A stretch of DNA of 64,000 nt from a virus: IMG/VR virus record IMGVR_UViG_3300030102_006951, positions 64,001 to 128,000 of that record. One strand, 5' to 3'. Position numbers and translations under genes: made by a program. This document shows positions 20,062 through 29,766 of this stretch, one piece after another. The stretch's first letter is position 1; every line of letters begins with the position of its first letter. The notes below the pieces were generated by a model. That model saw nothing but the letters and a program-made list of their open reading frames with translations, searched no databases and was not told the DNA's origin.

Positions 20062-21837
20062 ATGTCACATTTATTAAATTCAGGGGCTGTTGGAAATATC
20101 GGATTAAACCACATGAAGGAAATTCGTCAGCAGACTCAAGCAAAATGGGATTCTTTAGGATTTTTAGAAGGTCTTAAAGGTCACGTAAAAGAAAACGTTG
20201 CTCAATTATTTGAGAATCAAGCGTCTTCTTTATTAACGGAATCTACTACAGCTAGTAATAGTGGTTCTTTTGAAACAGTAGTATTCCCAATCGTTAGAAG
20301 AGTATTTTCTAAATTACTAGCTAACGATGTAGTATCAGTACAGGCAATGAACATGCCAATTGGAAAATTATTCTACTTCGTACCTCAAACTTCTTCAAGA
20401 GTTGATGGTACTGGAGCAGCTGGTCAAGGTCCTAACTTCTCTGCACACACTGCAATGAAAGACAGCTTACCAGAATGTACTGGTTTTGGCGGTTGTGTTG
20501 TAACCGAATATATGAAAAAAAATCTTTATGATTTATATTATAACGATGGACTATTTGATAACTCAAAAGGAACTATTACTTTTTCAGTTGGTACTGGTGT
20601 GTTCCAAACTTTAGGAGCTGACGGTGCGTTTGCTGAAGAGACTGGAAATATAGGTACTTTACCTAAAGCTACTGATGGTTCAACTAGAGCTGTTATCCTT
20701 AAAGTTGAAGGTTTTGATGGTACAAATAAAGGTAGATTAACTGGACCAGATGGTAATGAAATGGATACTGAGGCTTTCTTGGCATCTTTAAAAGTTACTT
20801 CTACTCTTGCTATTGAAAATACTACAGATGGAGGAGAGATTATCTGTGCTGCTGGAGGTGAACTTCCATTCAGATTGGTAACTCAGAAATACGGTAAGGG
20901 TATCGTTGCATATGATGATATCTGTGATTCTGATGGTGGTTTATTTATAGAATTAGATTTAAGTGTACCAAGAGCTGCTGATGCTAACGCCACTTTTGAT
21001 GGATACATTGGGGCTGAAGATGCTGATGCATTGAATGCTGCTAATTTCAATATTTCTTGGGCTACTTACGATACTCTAGAATTAGAAACAGAACTTGGTG
21101 AAGTTTCTTTCAAACTAGACGAAGTTGTTGTATCTGTAGAAGAAAGAAAATTAAGAGCTACATGGTCTCCAGAATTAGCACAAGATGTTAGTGCATTCCA
21201 CAACATTGATGCTGAGGCTGAATTGACTGCAATGCTTTCTGAGCAAGTTGCTGCTGAAATCGACAGGGAAATCCTTAGAGATTTAAGAAAAGCTGCTGCT
21301 TGGCAACTAAGATGGGATTACAACGGATGGAGAAAAGCTTCTTCTGCTGCAAGTCCTTATACACAAAAAGACTGGAACCAAACTTTAATTACTAAAGTTA
21401 ACCAAATTTCAGCTCAAATCCATAAGTCTACTTTAAGAGGTGGTGCTAACTTTATCGTAGTATCTTCTGAATTATCTGCAATCTTTGATGATTTAGAGTA
21501 CTTCCACGTAAGTGATGCTAACCCAGAGCAAGACCAATACAACATGGGTATTGAAAGAGTAGGTTCTTTATCTGGAAGATACCAGGTATATAGAGACCCA
21601 TATGCTCCTTCTTTCTCAATGATTATTGGACATAAAGGAAAATCATTGTTAGACACTGGTTACATCTACGCACCATACGTGCCAATGCAACTTACACCTA
21701 CAATGTACAATCCTTTCAACTTCGCGCCAGTGAAGGGGATTATGACAAGATACGCTAAAAAAGTGGTAAACAACAGATTCTACGGTCACGTAAGAGTTGA
21801 TGGTGTACCTACATTTAACGTAGCTGAATTAAGATAA
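20062..21837 (+). CDS. major capsid protein (T4 gp23-like)
   Basis: FPIVRRVF, VSVQAMNMPIG, RKLRATWSPELAQD, DAEAEL, EIDREI, YAPYVP, GIMTRYA. Confidence 0.97.
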   Translation: MSHLLNSGAVGNIGLNHMKEIRQQTQAKWDSLGFLEGLKGHVKENVAQLFENQASSLLTESTTASNSGSFETVVFPIVRRVFSKLLANDVVSVQAMNMPIGKLFYFVPQTSSRVDGTGAAGQGPNFSAHTAMKDSLPECTGFGGCVVTEYMKKNLYDLYYNDGLFDNSKGTITFSVGTGVFQTLGADGAFAEETGNIGTLPKATDGSTRAVILKVEGFDGTNKGRLTGPDGNEMDTEAFLASLKVTSTLAIENTTDGGEIICAAGGELPFRLVTQKYGKGIVAYDDICDSDGGLFIELDLSVPRAADANATFDGYIGAEDADALNAANFNISWATYDTLELETELGEVSFKLDEVVVSVEERKLRATWSPELAQDVSAFHNIDAEAELTAMLSEQVAAEIDREILRDLRKAAAWQLRWDYNGWRKASSAASPYTQKDWNQTLITKVNQISAQIHKSTLRGGANFIVVSSELSAIFDDLEYFHVSDANPEQDQYNMGIERVGSLSGRYQVYRDPYAPSFSMIIGHKGKSLLDTGYIYAPYVPMQLTPTMYNPFNFAPVKGIMTRYAKKVVNNRFYGHVRVDGVPTFNVAELR

Positions 21838-21860
21838 TATAATATAAATCTTATATAATT

Positions 21861-21897
21861 AAAAAGGCTTCTCATTAGAGAGGCCTTTTTTGTTTTT
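21861..21897 (+). terminator. Rho-independent terminator after the capsid gene
   Basis: AAAAAGGCTTCTC-atta-GAGAGGCCTTTTTT stem-loop with a T tract. Confidence 0.8.
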
Positions 21898-21926
21898 AAC
21901 ATATATTTATTATTAAAGACTAAACA

Positions 21927-22049
21927 ATGAGATTTTCAATAAAAGATAAACCTAAAAAAAAGAGACCTGGGGTTCATTCCAAAAATAAAACATCAAGGTC
22001 TAAAAACTCAAAATTCTACAAGAAGAAAAGTAGAGGTCAGGGTAAATAG
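21927..22049 (+). CDS. small very basic protein (40 aa)
   Basis: Manual translation MRFSIKDKPKKKRPGVHSKNKTSRSKNSKFYKKKSRGQGK; ATATTTAT 24 nt upstream. Confidence 0.7.
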   Translation: MRFSIKDKPKKKRPGVHSKNKTSRSKNSKFYKKKSRGQGK

Positions 22050-22070
22050 TATTAAATAAAATTTATAGTT

Positions 22071-22775
22071 ATGAGAAAGTTTGATAAAAAAAATAAAATG
22101 GTTTCAGCAAATATTATGGCTGAGAAAAGATATTTAGAATCTAAAGGGTTTATTAATGAAAATGTATTTCATGCTGAGGGTGGTATTAATGTTTTTTCAG
22201 AATCAAGTAACGCTAAATTTGATTTAAATTCTAACGATAATGAGTTTTCTAGAGAATTAAGTAAGTTAATTAACAGATACGTTGGTTTAAGTAACACAAA
22301 TGACGCTGGAATGAGTAATGATAATAGGGTTTTTATACATAAAAATCTAATGAAAATTGTAAATCAAACATTTCCAACAACATCTTTAAGAGTTGGTGTT
22401 GATGGTAAGGAATATTATACTAACAGACCTGAAGAAATGGGAGAGTTTTTAACTTCAATGGGTATTACTGATTTCAGATTAAAGGGTGTTAACGAGAGTC
22501 ATTATGGTTCTGAAGAAGGGGAAAGTTATGGTAGTAGCATAGATAGAGTAAATTATAGCCCAGAAAAAGGTAATACATTAACTCAATTTATGGACGAATT
22601 AATTGCTAAAGGACTCACTGGGGTTAGTTTTGTTAAGGTTGATGGTAACAAGATGATTTTTTCAACGGATACACCAATAGAAAATGAAATAGTTGTTGGT
22701 TTAGGTCGTCATTATGACGTTAAGTCTATTGATGGTGGTAACGGAAAAACCTTATTAGTTTTTAATATGGTTTAA
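22071..22775 (+). CDS. hypothetical (candidate internal head protein)
   Basis: Basic N-terminus ending YLES..INE. Confidence 0.65.
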   Translation: MRKFDKKNKMVSANIMAEKRYLESKGFINENVFHAEGGINVFSESSNAKFDLNSNDNEFSRELSKLINRYVGLSNTNDAGMSNDNRVFIHKNLMKIVNQTFPTTSLRVGVDGKEYYTNRPEEMGEFLTSMGITDFRLKGVNESHYGSEEGESYGSSIDRVNYSPEKGNTLTQFMDELIAKGLTGVSFVKVDGNKMIFSTDTPIENEIVVGLGRHYDVKSIDGGNGKTLLVFNMV

Positions 22776-22793
22776 TTAAATTTAAAAAGTTTT

Positions 22794-24044
22794 ATGGGTA
22801 GATTATTAATAATCTTATTTATTTGTTTTATAAATATAAATGGTTTTGGTCAGTTAAAATGTGGAACTGATGAATATAATAGACCATTCATAAGACAATA
22901 TCCCGAAAAATACGATAAGATAGAAAAAGATATTCAAAACTATCTTAGAAACCCAAAGGTTAAATCAGATGGTACTTATGTCATACCAGTTGTATTTCAT
23001 ATTGTGTATAATCACTGGAAAGAGAACCTTAACGACAGTGTTATTATTCAACAATTAAATGTATTAAATGATAGGTTTAATTTAAGAAACGCTGATACTA
23101 TACTATTAACCGATACACTACAAAATTGGAAGGGTAATTTTAAAATTACATTTGAATTGGCCCATTTAGACCCAGATGGTTATCCAACAACTGGTATTAC
23201 AAGAACTTATACAAATGTTGGTGAATTTTCATATTGGAGTAATCCAGTCAAAAAGGCAAGTCAGGGTAAAGCGGGCTGGCCGAATGACAGATATCTTAAT
23301 ATTTGGGTTTGTGACCTTTATGACGGGCTTATGGGTTATGCACAGTTTCCTGGTGGAGAAGACTGGTCGGACGGAGTGGTTATAGATTGGCAAAGTGTTG
23401 GTGATAGAGTTTATCCTTGGACTTATTCAATATATGATAAATGGGCTAAGGGTCACGTGTTAGTGCATGAAATAGGTCATTGGTTAAACCTTAAACACCC
23501 ATGGGGTAATTATGGGCCTTGTGGTGATGACCATATTCCAGAAACTGGGTTACAGGATGGACCTATTTACCCAAGTGCAGAATGTCCAGATACTCTATTT
23601 AGTACTTGCGACACACCAGAGAGGATATTTGTAAAACACTATATGGATTATGTTGGTGCGGATTGTATGTGTACGTTTACAAAAAATCAAGTAGTTAGGG
23701 GGATAGCCTCTATGGAGACATATAGACAAGACTTATTAAATAATTACGTCCCCAAACCAAATGTGACTGGTTTTGAAAACACTATGGTTAGACCAACATA
23801 TACTAAGGGTAGAGTCGTAATTGAGTTTCCGAAATACGAAGGTAAATTAGAAATAATGGTATTTGATATGATTGGTAGGTTAGTTTATAAAACCACAACT
23901 ACACATCCATTTATTGATTTTAAATTAAATATGGGTAATGGTAGTTACTTAATAGATATAATTAAAGACGAACGAAGGGTATTCCAGGAAAAAATAATTA
24001 TTAATTCTGCATCTCCTTATGGGGCTAATTTTTTAAATAATTGA
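22794..24044 (+). CDS. M43 (pappalysin/ulilysin-like) zinc metalloprotease with signal peptide and T9SS-like C-terminal domain
   Basis: Signal peptide ..NGFG/Q, Cys-switch CGT, IPVVFH, YLNIWV, GYAQFP, HEIGHWLNLKH, Met-turn YMDY; CTD-like VFDMIGRLV..GSYLI..KIII. Confidence 0.88.
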   Translation: MGRLLIILFICFININGFGQLKCGTDEYNRPFIRQYPEKYDKIEKDIQNYLRNPKVKSDGTYVIPVVFHIVYNHWKENLNDSVIIQQLNVLNDRFNLRNADTILLTDTLQNWKGNFKITFELAHLDPDGYPTTGITRTYTNVGEFSYWSNPVKKASQGKAGWPNDRYLNIWVCDLYDGLMGYAQFPGGEDWSDGVVIDWQSVGDRVYPWTYSIYDKWAKGHVLVHEIGHWLNLKHPWGNYGPCGDDHIPETGLQDGPIYPSAECPDTLFSTCDTPERIFVKHYMDYVGADCMCTFTKNQVVRGIASMETYRQDLLNNYVPKPNVTGFENTMVRPTYTKGRVVIEFPKYEGKLEIMVFDMIGRLVYKTTTTHPFIDFKLNMGNGSYLIDIIKDERRVFQEKIIINSASPYGANFLNN

Positions 24045-24061
24045 AAAAATTATTTATTATA

Positions 24062-24283
24062 TTAGTTAGATTTTTCTTGTATATCGGATATTTTTTTTAT
24101 AACACTTTTGGGATTTGACTTATTACTAAAAAATTCAACAAATGTGTGTGTATAGTATCCTGTATTACCATGTTCTCTTTGGACCTTCTCCATAACAATT
24201 CTTTTTTCCATAGAAATATAATAATCTCTAATATCATGTGTGGTATGGATAGTTTCAATATGTGTTAATTCATTTTCAATCAT
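24062..24283 (-). CDS. hypothetical protein
   Basis: ORF track; likely start at the ATG at 24283 (MIENEL), just after a TATATTTG element. Confidence 0.5.
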   Translation of the reverse strand: MIENELTHIETIHTTHDIRDYYISMEKRIVMEKVQREHGNTGYYTHTFVEFFSNKSNPKSVIKKISDIQEKSN

Positions 24284-24354
24284 AACACAAATATATATAT
24301 AAAAAATGAGACATACAACAGTATACCTCATTTTGTAAAAATTTTAATTTTTAT

Positions 24355-24465
24355 TTAGCAATCACAACATGCACAATCACATGATTTACTACAATTACAT
24401 TTCATACAGTTACATGCTTTTTGGCACTTACAATTTTCACAGTTACAATTTTGTCGGTTACGCAT
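24355..24465 (-). CDS. metallothionein-like Cys-rich peptide (36 aa, 13 Cys)
   Basis: Manual translation MRNRQNCNCENCKCQKACNCMKCNCSKSCDCACCDC; repeated CxC, no aromatic residues; starts 23 nt after the stop of the co-oriented upstream gene. Confidence 0.75.
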   Translation of the reverse strand: MRNRQNCNCENCKCQKACNCMKCNCSKSCDCACCDC

Positions 24466-24488
24466 AATTATTAATTTTAATTTAATTG

Positions 24489-24764
24489 TTATTTACAAAG
24501 TCTAGAGGCTATTTTATGGGTTGCGGTATTAAGTAAGTCTTCATCATTGGTTGCCTCATCATTTATATCAGATTTTAATTTATTTAGTATTCCTTGTATA
24601 TTATCCCAATCTTTTTGTTCAATATGTGATTTTTTTAATAAAGTTATTAGTTCATCATAAGTGTTAACACTTAAATCATTACATATGTTCCACACGCCTG
24701 AACTTGAGTTCTTAGTTGATTCTATAAGGAATTTTCTTACTCTATTTTTAATTAAGTTTTTCAT
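24489..24764 (-). CDS. hypothetical (candidate internal head protein)
   Basis: N-terminus MKNLIKNRVRKFLIES. Confidence 0.65.
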   Translation of the reverse strand: MKNLIKNRVRKFLIESTKNSSSGVWNICNDLSVNTYDELITLLKKSHIEQKDWDNIQGILNKLKSDINDEATNDEDLLNTATHKIASRLCK

Positions 24765-26173
24765 TACTGGCTAATTCTTAAGTCGCTTTGACTTACAATA
24801 TCAAAACTAAGCACTTCGGCTATTGTATTGACTTCTAAATTAGATTCTACCTTAACATCCAAATAGTAAGTGTTGGGCACTAGGCTTGCCGTATCTAGTA
24901 AAAAATAATTATTATTATTTGTCATCTCAACGTCTTGAAAGTCAATTACTGTGTATTGGTTCTTACCTTCTTTAACGTATAAGCGATATTTTAAGCTATC
25001 TACGGTCTGTTTTTGCTCTACTGTATAAGGAATTCTAGTAGAAACTATAACTTTCCTTATATCGCCTCTATGAATCTCCTCATCTCTTTTAATTCCAGTA
25101 ATATTAACACCAACTTTTTTAGGTAATTCGTCTGAGTCACCAATATTATAATAACCCATACTATCTTTTAATGCAAAGTCTAGCTCTATTTCAGGCCTAG
25201 AAACCCCATTAATAACTATTCCAGACCAAACATCACTAAATAATGTGCAGTCACCATAGTTTGCGGTTGTTGGTACGTTTATGTCTATTGAATATACACC
25301 CTTTGTTACATGGGTTACATCACCAGGTGCGTATGATGAGAATAACAACCCGTTATTGTCTAATATGTTTACACTAGGCATTGAGTCTAGGTTGGTTGGC
25401 TTACCATTTATATTAACGTATAAGTATAATTTATTGTCTTTATCTAGATAGAAGTCTGTTCTGTCATCTTTTATATGACAATCGTAAATAGTTTCAACGT
25501 ATGGTTCGTAAAATGATTGTGTGTGTCTTGTGAAAAACCCTACGTATTGATGTTCTGTTGTTGGTGTTTCCTCCAATACTCTAGTAAAGGCAATACCTAA
25601 ACCGTGATTTGTATCTCCAGTTATATATGAATTAACTATATCAGTTATATCCATTTCTAAATTTTCGTTACCTTTGTCGAAGTGTTGTGTGACTAACACT
25701 GTTGGTGAACCTGAGTAGACTCCGTTACCGTTAGTCCATGGCGTATTTGTTCTAGCGTCTAGCCAGTTTGATGGGCTGAATGATTGTGATACTTCACCCC
25801 CACCTATAAATGAACATGTTGCGTAATCATAACCGTAACCCTCGTCCCATTCTTCGTTTAATGGGAAAAGTATCAAGTCGAAAGAGCCAGTCCTTTCTTT
25901 TCCGAAACAAAATGGTTTGCCCAATAGTTCCTTATCGAATGCACCAGTATTAGTCATTCTTAATGTGTGTTTTAGTTTTGTTAAATCTGTATAAGTACCG
26001 CCACTGTATAAGTCTCTTAACCTTGTCTCATCAAAATAAAATATAAATCTACTATACGACTGTGATGCTGTATCACCACCGTAAAATAGCTCTGAAACTG
26101 GGTTTAAGCCAGTATTAACTTTACTATTATAAACTAATGTATTGTTCTTATCGAAAAATGTTCTTATTACCAT
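24764..26173 (-). CDS. probable virion structural protein (beta-rich)
   Basis: 469 aa with the late-type motif upstream; WDEGYG and DITDIVN segments resemble DNRLRE-type domains (by eye). Confidence 0.6.
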   Translation of the reverse strand: MVIRTFFDKNNTLVYNSKVNTGLNPVSELFYGGDTASQSYSRFIFYFDETRLRDLYSGGTYTDLTKLKHTLRMTNTGAFDKELLGKPFCFGKERTGSFDLILFPLNEEWDEGYGYDYATCSFIGGGEVSQSFSPSNWLDARTNTPWTNGNGVYSGSPTVLVTQHFDKGNENLEMDITDIVNSYITGDTNHGLGIAFTRVLEETPTTEHQYVGFFTRHTQSFYEPYVETIYDCHIKDDRTDFYLDKDNKLYLYVNINGKPTNLDSMPSVNILDNNGLLFSSYAPGDVTHVTKGVYSIDINVPTTANYGDCTLFSDVWSGIVINGVSRPEIELDFALKDSMGYYNIGDSDELPKKVGVNITGIKRDEEIHRGDIRKVIVSTRIPYTVEQKQTVDSLKYRLYVKEGKNQYTVIDFQDVEMTNNNNYFLLDTASLVPNTYYLDVKVESNLEVNTIAEVLSFDIVSQSDLRISQ

Positions 26174-26204
26174 TTTATACTTTATTAATAAATATCTAAA
26201 AATA

Positions 26205-27260
26205 TTAATTAATTCGTATATTCTTGGATAACATTGCTTTTTCTAATTCATCAGACCTTTTGATAAATTCGACTATCGGGTATCCTTCTGGCTGGGCTGG
26301 TACCTCATTTATTTGATGTCTGTGAGTTAAAAATGCTAGTTTTAATAATTTAAGATATTCAATTAATAAGTCCCCAAATACCAATGGGTGGGCATTATTT
26401 AATATTTTATCCATCTCAGATGAATTTATGTATTCTGCCGCACCATTTATATTTTCTTTTGCTGAAGTTATATTATATGTGTTGTCATTGTTGTGTGTTA
26501 ATAAATTAATTTTATTTGAAACTATGTTTGTTACTGAAACTTCTTTTGTTTTTTTATTACTGGTTTCATTAACATTATTTTTTTCTGCAACACCAAAATT
26601 ATTTAATTCCTTTTCATTAAAAATATGATTATGTTTTATTTGTATATAACCAGGATTTAAAGCATTGAATTCTTTGGGTTTATTCTCAACAAACTTACCA
26701 GCTCTAATTAAAATTTCACTCTTTCTTTGTATTATATCAGTGTTTTGTCTACCATTTATGATAACATTTTCAGGATTTCCGTAAGCCCCCTTAAGGGTTG
26801 GTATTTTGTTTATATCTTCACCTGGAGAAGATGTACCAGCTAATTTATTAGCGGTAGCTGTTGTGTCGGAAAAATCTCCACCAAATTTTAATTCATTTGA
26901 TATTAGTGGACCTATATAGTATCTATCACCGTTAATGTCTCGTTTACCTTCAACTAAAACTAAAACTATTTCACCAATTTTTGGTACAAAATTTAAGTGT
27001 TTTGGTAAAATTGGGAAGCAATTTGGAAGCTCTTCAGTCTGAGTTCCGTTATCATATTGTCTACCTTCAATTCTAACTCTTATACAATGTGTATCAGAAT
27101 TAAATCTAGCATCTTTTTTAATCCTGTCTGGTTTACCATTATTATCAATAGGTATTTGACCCACTTTTATTACTTTACCCAGAACAAAGTTTCTAAATTC
27201 AGTTGACTTATTAAATCTACTGGCTCTACCACTACTAAGTTTATTGCTAGCTATACTCAT
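26205..27260 (-). CDS. baseplate hub/spike protein (gp5/gpV-like)
   Basis: OB-fold-like N-terminus (IRVRI..VPKIGEIVLV..YYIG) and a C-terminal THRH (HxH) spike-tip motif. Confidence 0.6.
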   Translation of the reverse strand: MSIASNKLSSGRASRFNKSTEFRNFVLGKVIKVGQIPIDNNGKPDRIKKDARFNSDTHCIRVRIEGRQYDNGTQTEELPNCFPILPKHLNFVPKIGEIVLVLVEGKRDINGDRYYIGPLISNELKFGGDFSDTTATANKLAGTSSPGEDINKIPTLKGAYGNPENVIINGRQNTDIIQRKSEILIRAGKFVENKPKEFNALNPGYIQIKHNHIFNEKELNNFGVAEKNNVNETSNKKTKEVSVTNIVSNKINLLTHNNDNTYNITSAKENINGAAEYINSSEMDKILNNAHPLVFGDLLIEYLKLLKLAFLTHRHQINEVPAQPEGYPIVEFIKRSDELEKAMLSKNIRIN

Positions 27261-27261
27261 T

Positions 27262-27438
27262 TTATTTTGTGTTTAACCTTTTTGATACTATTTCGGAAGC
27301 TATTTTAGCTTCTTTTTCAATGTCGACTAGTTTATCAAAATCACGAAGCATTTTTTCTTTGAGGTTGAAATGGTCAATTTCCATTTTCTTTATACTCATT
27401 AGTATTTCATTGTTGGACATTTCTTGGTACTTACTCAT
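27262..27438 (-). CDS. small coiled-coil protein (58 aa)
   Basis: Manual translation MSKYQEMSNNEILMSIKKMEIDHFNLKEKMLRDFDKLVDIEKEAKIASEIVSKRLNTK; fills the gap between co-oriented genes. Confidence 0.7.
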   Translation of the reverse strand: MSKYQEMSNNEILMSIKKMEIDHFNLKEKMLRDFDKLVDIEKEAKIASEIVSKRLNTK

Positions 27439-27449
27439 GGCTAGTATGT

Positions 27450-27887
27450 TTATCTGCCACCCCCACTAATAGGTGTTATTATGTTATTTGCGCCTTGAAC
27501 CACTATTGGCCCCCCAGCGTTACCCCCAACCGCAGTAATTTGTATACTTCCTGGTGGTATTACAGCGTCTATTTTCATATTCGTTTGTATTTCATTAATC
27601 ATTTGTTGAGACATTGTTAAAACAAAAAGAGAAAATTTATTTTGTTCCCCACCGAATATATCATCAGTCATGGGTATTCCTTGTTGCTCTAATTTAGATA
27701 TTGTCTTTGCGGCAAGATTTCTTGCGCTCAACCCAGGCTTTAATTTAGCACCAACCATCAATAGTGGTGGTGGTATTTGTGGTAGTGGCTCAGAGCCAAA
27801 AGATGATTTACCAAAAGTCTTAAGCAGCTTAATTATTGAATAGATTGAACTTAAGTCTGTATTTTTAACGATTTCTTTTATACTCAT
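27450..27887 (-). CDS. hypothetical, likely baseplate-region protein
   Basis: ORF track; C-terminal GGNAGGPIVVQG. Confidence 0.65.
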   Translation of the reverse strand: MSIKEIVKNTDLSSIYSIIKLLKTFGKSSFGSEPLPQIPPPLLMVGAKLKPGLSARNLAAKTISKLEQQGIPMTDDIFGGEQNKFSLFVLTMSQQMINEIQTNMKIDAVIPPGSIQITAVGGNAGGPIVVQGANNIITPISGGGR

Positions 27888-27890
27888 AGT

Positions 27891-29339
27891 TTATAATAAA
27901 TTACTTAATATGTTTTTATGTTCTGAACTAACTGGTAGGTAACTGAATAATACTTTAGCGTAGCTTGTAGCTTGTTCTACTTTATCACCAGCTTTCTTTT
28001 TTATTAATTTTTTTAAATATAACCTTAACGCAAATATTAGTACTATTGCAATTATTGCTTGTATAATTCTTTTTCTTACAGCTTTAAAAATGTTTTCATT
28101 TTCCTTTATCAAGTCAACTGCGCTATTATACTTTGGTGTAACACCGCCATTAATTATTGTAAAATTAATCATTAGTATAGTTACAAACTTTGGTGAAATA
28201 AATTGAGTCATAATAATTAAAATCAATTTATCTATAATTTCTTTAAAGAAATTATATTTTATACTTTCACCATCTTCAGTATTAGCTTGTTCTGACTGCG
28301 TATTTGCTAAATTGTTTAGGGATTTATCAACCTGTTTTAATTCACCAGCCTTATCGTTGGGGGTTAATAAATCGAATTCTTGGTTAATTTCTAATATTTG
28401 ACTTAATGGTATTGTCAGTTCCTCTTCTTCACAACATCTGGCCTCTAATATACCCTTTTTTCTATTATTAACTTCATTACCTATTTTAGCTATTTCTTTA
28501 TTTGTGAATACATATGCCCCCTCTTCTATTTCATCTTCAGATTCTATTATTTTTTTTAAAACTTCTCTAACCTCAACCTCAGATTTTATTTGTTCTTTAC
28601 TTTTGTTTGGTGAGCTAAATGAACTAAACAATTCTTCAAGTATTAAATTAATCATTACTTGTGAGTTTAGGATATCTGGGTTTCCAAACAAACTTATTGA
28701 GTCTAAGTAGTTATCGTTAAAATCAACCATGGTCTTTCCGCTATCATATGTTTGACTCGCTTTAAATGTTAACATATTATTTTCATTGTTAACATTTGTT
28801 TGTTCAAATTTACTGTTTAAAATATCGAAACCAGAAACACTAGAACCAAAAATTTCATCAGTTCCAGCACTTTGTATTGTCCCATTTAGATATGTGTTGA
28901 AATCTTTACTGTTAACCCCAGAGTTAACGTCTGAATAAACCAGCCCACCACTAAATGTTGTTGGGTCTACTTTCATTATATCAAAAAAATCGATATCTTT
29001 TACGGGTACACTTATTCCGTCACCAGTTGATTTAAAATAATCTGGTATTGATGGATTTACATTACATGCAACACACTCTTTTAAACTATCCCTTAGAGCT
29101 TCTTTTATTTCTTCTTCTAGTCTGGGTAGTTGGTAGGTTATAATATCTATAGTTATTTTTTTTAAAGCATTTAGTTCTGCTAATACAACTAGAACATCAG
29201 CTAAAAATTTCATTGAGTTTTTACTGTTATCAGCAGATTCTAGAGAGTTGTTCTTACTTTCCTTTGGCATTTTACCATTCACGGTATTCAAAGCGGCTAT
29301 ATCCCCAAATATTTCTTTTTTGTCATCTATTATAGCCAT
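27891..29339 (-). CDS. hypothetical structural-region protein with a hydrophobic C-terminal helix
   Basis: 482-aa ORF; IIQAIIAIVLIFAL segment. Confidence 0.65.
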   Translation of the reverse strand: MAIIDDKKEIFGDIAALNTVNGKMPKESKNNSLESADNSKNSMKFLADVLVVLAELNALKKITIDIITYQLPRLEEEIKEALRDSLKECVACNVNPSIPDYFKSTGDGISVPVKDIDFFDIMKVDPTTFSGGLVYSDVNSGVNSKDFNTYLNGTIQSAGTDEIFGSSVSGFDILNSKFEQTNVNNENNMLTFKASQTYDSGKTMVDFNDNYLDSISLFGNPDILNSQVMINLILEELFSSFSSPNKSKEQIKSEVEVREVLKKIIESEDEIEEGAYVFTNKEIAKIGNEVNNRKKGILEARCCEEEELTIPLSQILEINQEFDLLTPNDKAGELKQVDKSLNNLANTQSEQANTEDGESIKYNFFKEIIDKLILIIMTQFISPKFVTILMINFTIINGGVTPKYNSAVDLIKENENIFKAVRKRIIQAIIAIVLIFALRLYLKKLIKKKAGDKVEQATSYAKVLFSYLPVSSEHKNILSNLL

Positions 29340-29341
29340 AA

Positions 29342-29725
29342 TTAATCTTCTATTTCTGAATCTTTGGATGAATCTTCTATCATCCTTCTGATTTCTCTAA
29401 AATCATTAATACCAACTTTACCTCCGCTTCTTTCTTTCATTGCAGCTTCAGCATCACCACTATGTTTTATAATATCGTTTTGTACTTTAGCTATCTCTAA
29501 TTTTATTTTAATGGCTGAGTCTTTAACTTTTAGAGCATTTGTTTTTTCTTTAGCTATTTTTGTTAAATCATCAACGTCTTCTGGTTCAGCGGAGTTTTCC
29601 ATCTCGTTTATAGTTTTCTGGGCGTCATTTATATTTCCACAAGCATCGTTGTAAGTTTCTTGTAATAACCCCTCTAAACTATCTATGTTATTTGTCTTTA
29701 TATCCTGTTTTTTCTTTCTAGGCAT
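29342..29725 (-). CDS. helical hypothetical protein
   Basis: ORF track; late-type motif 24 nt upstream. Confidence 0.7.
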   Translation of the reverse strand: MPRKKKQDIKTNNIDSLEGLLQETYNDACGNINDAQKTINEMENSAEPEDVDDLTKIAKEKTNALKVKDSAIKIKLEIAKVQNDIIKHSGDAEAAMKERSGGKVGINDFREIRRMIEDSSKDSEIED

Positions 29726-29766
29726 ATTCTATACTTTAATAATAAATATTATGATGACAATTTTTT

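Noticed and set aside
29342-29725. Terminase small subunit assignment
   Set aside because: Size and helicity fit, but there is no diagnostic motif and it is far from TerL; left as hypothetical.
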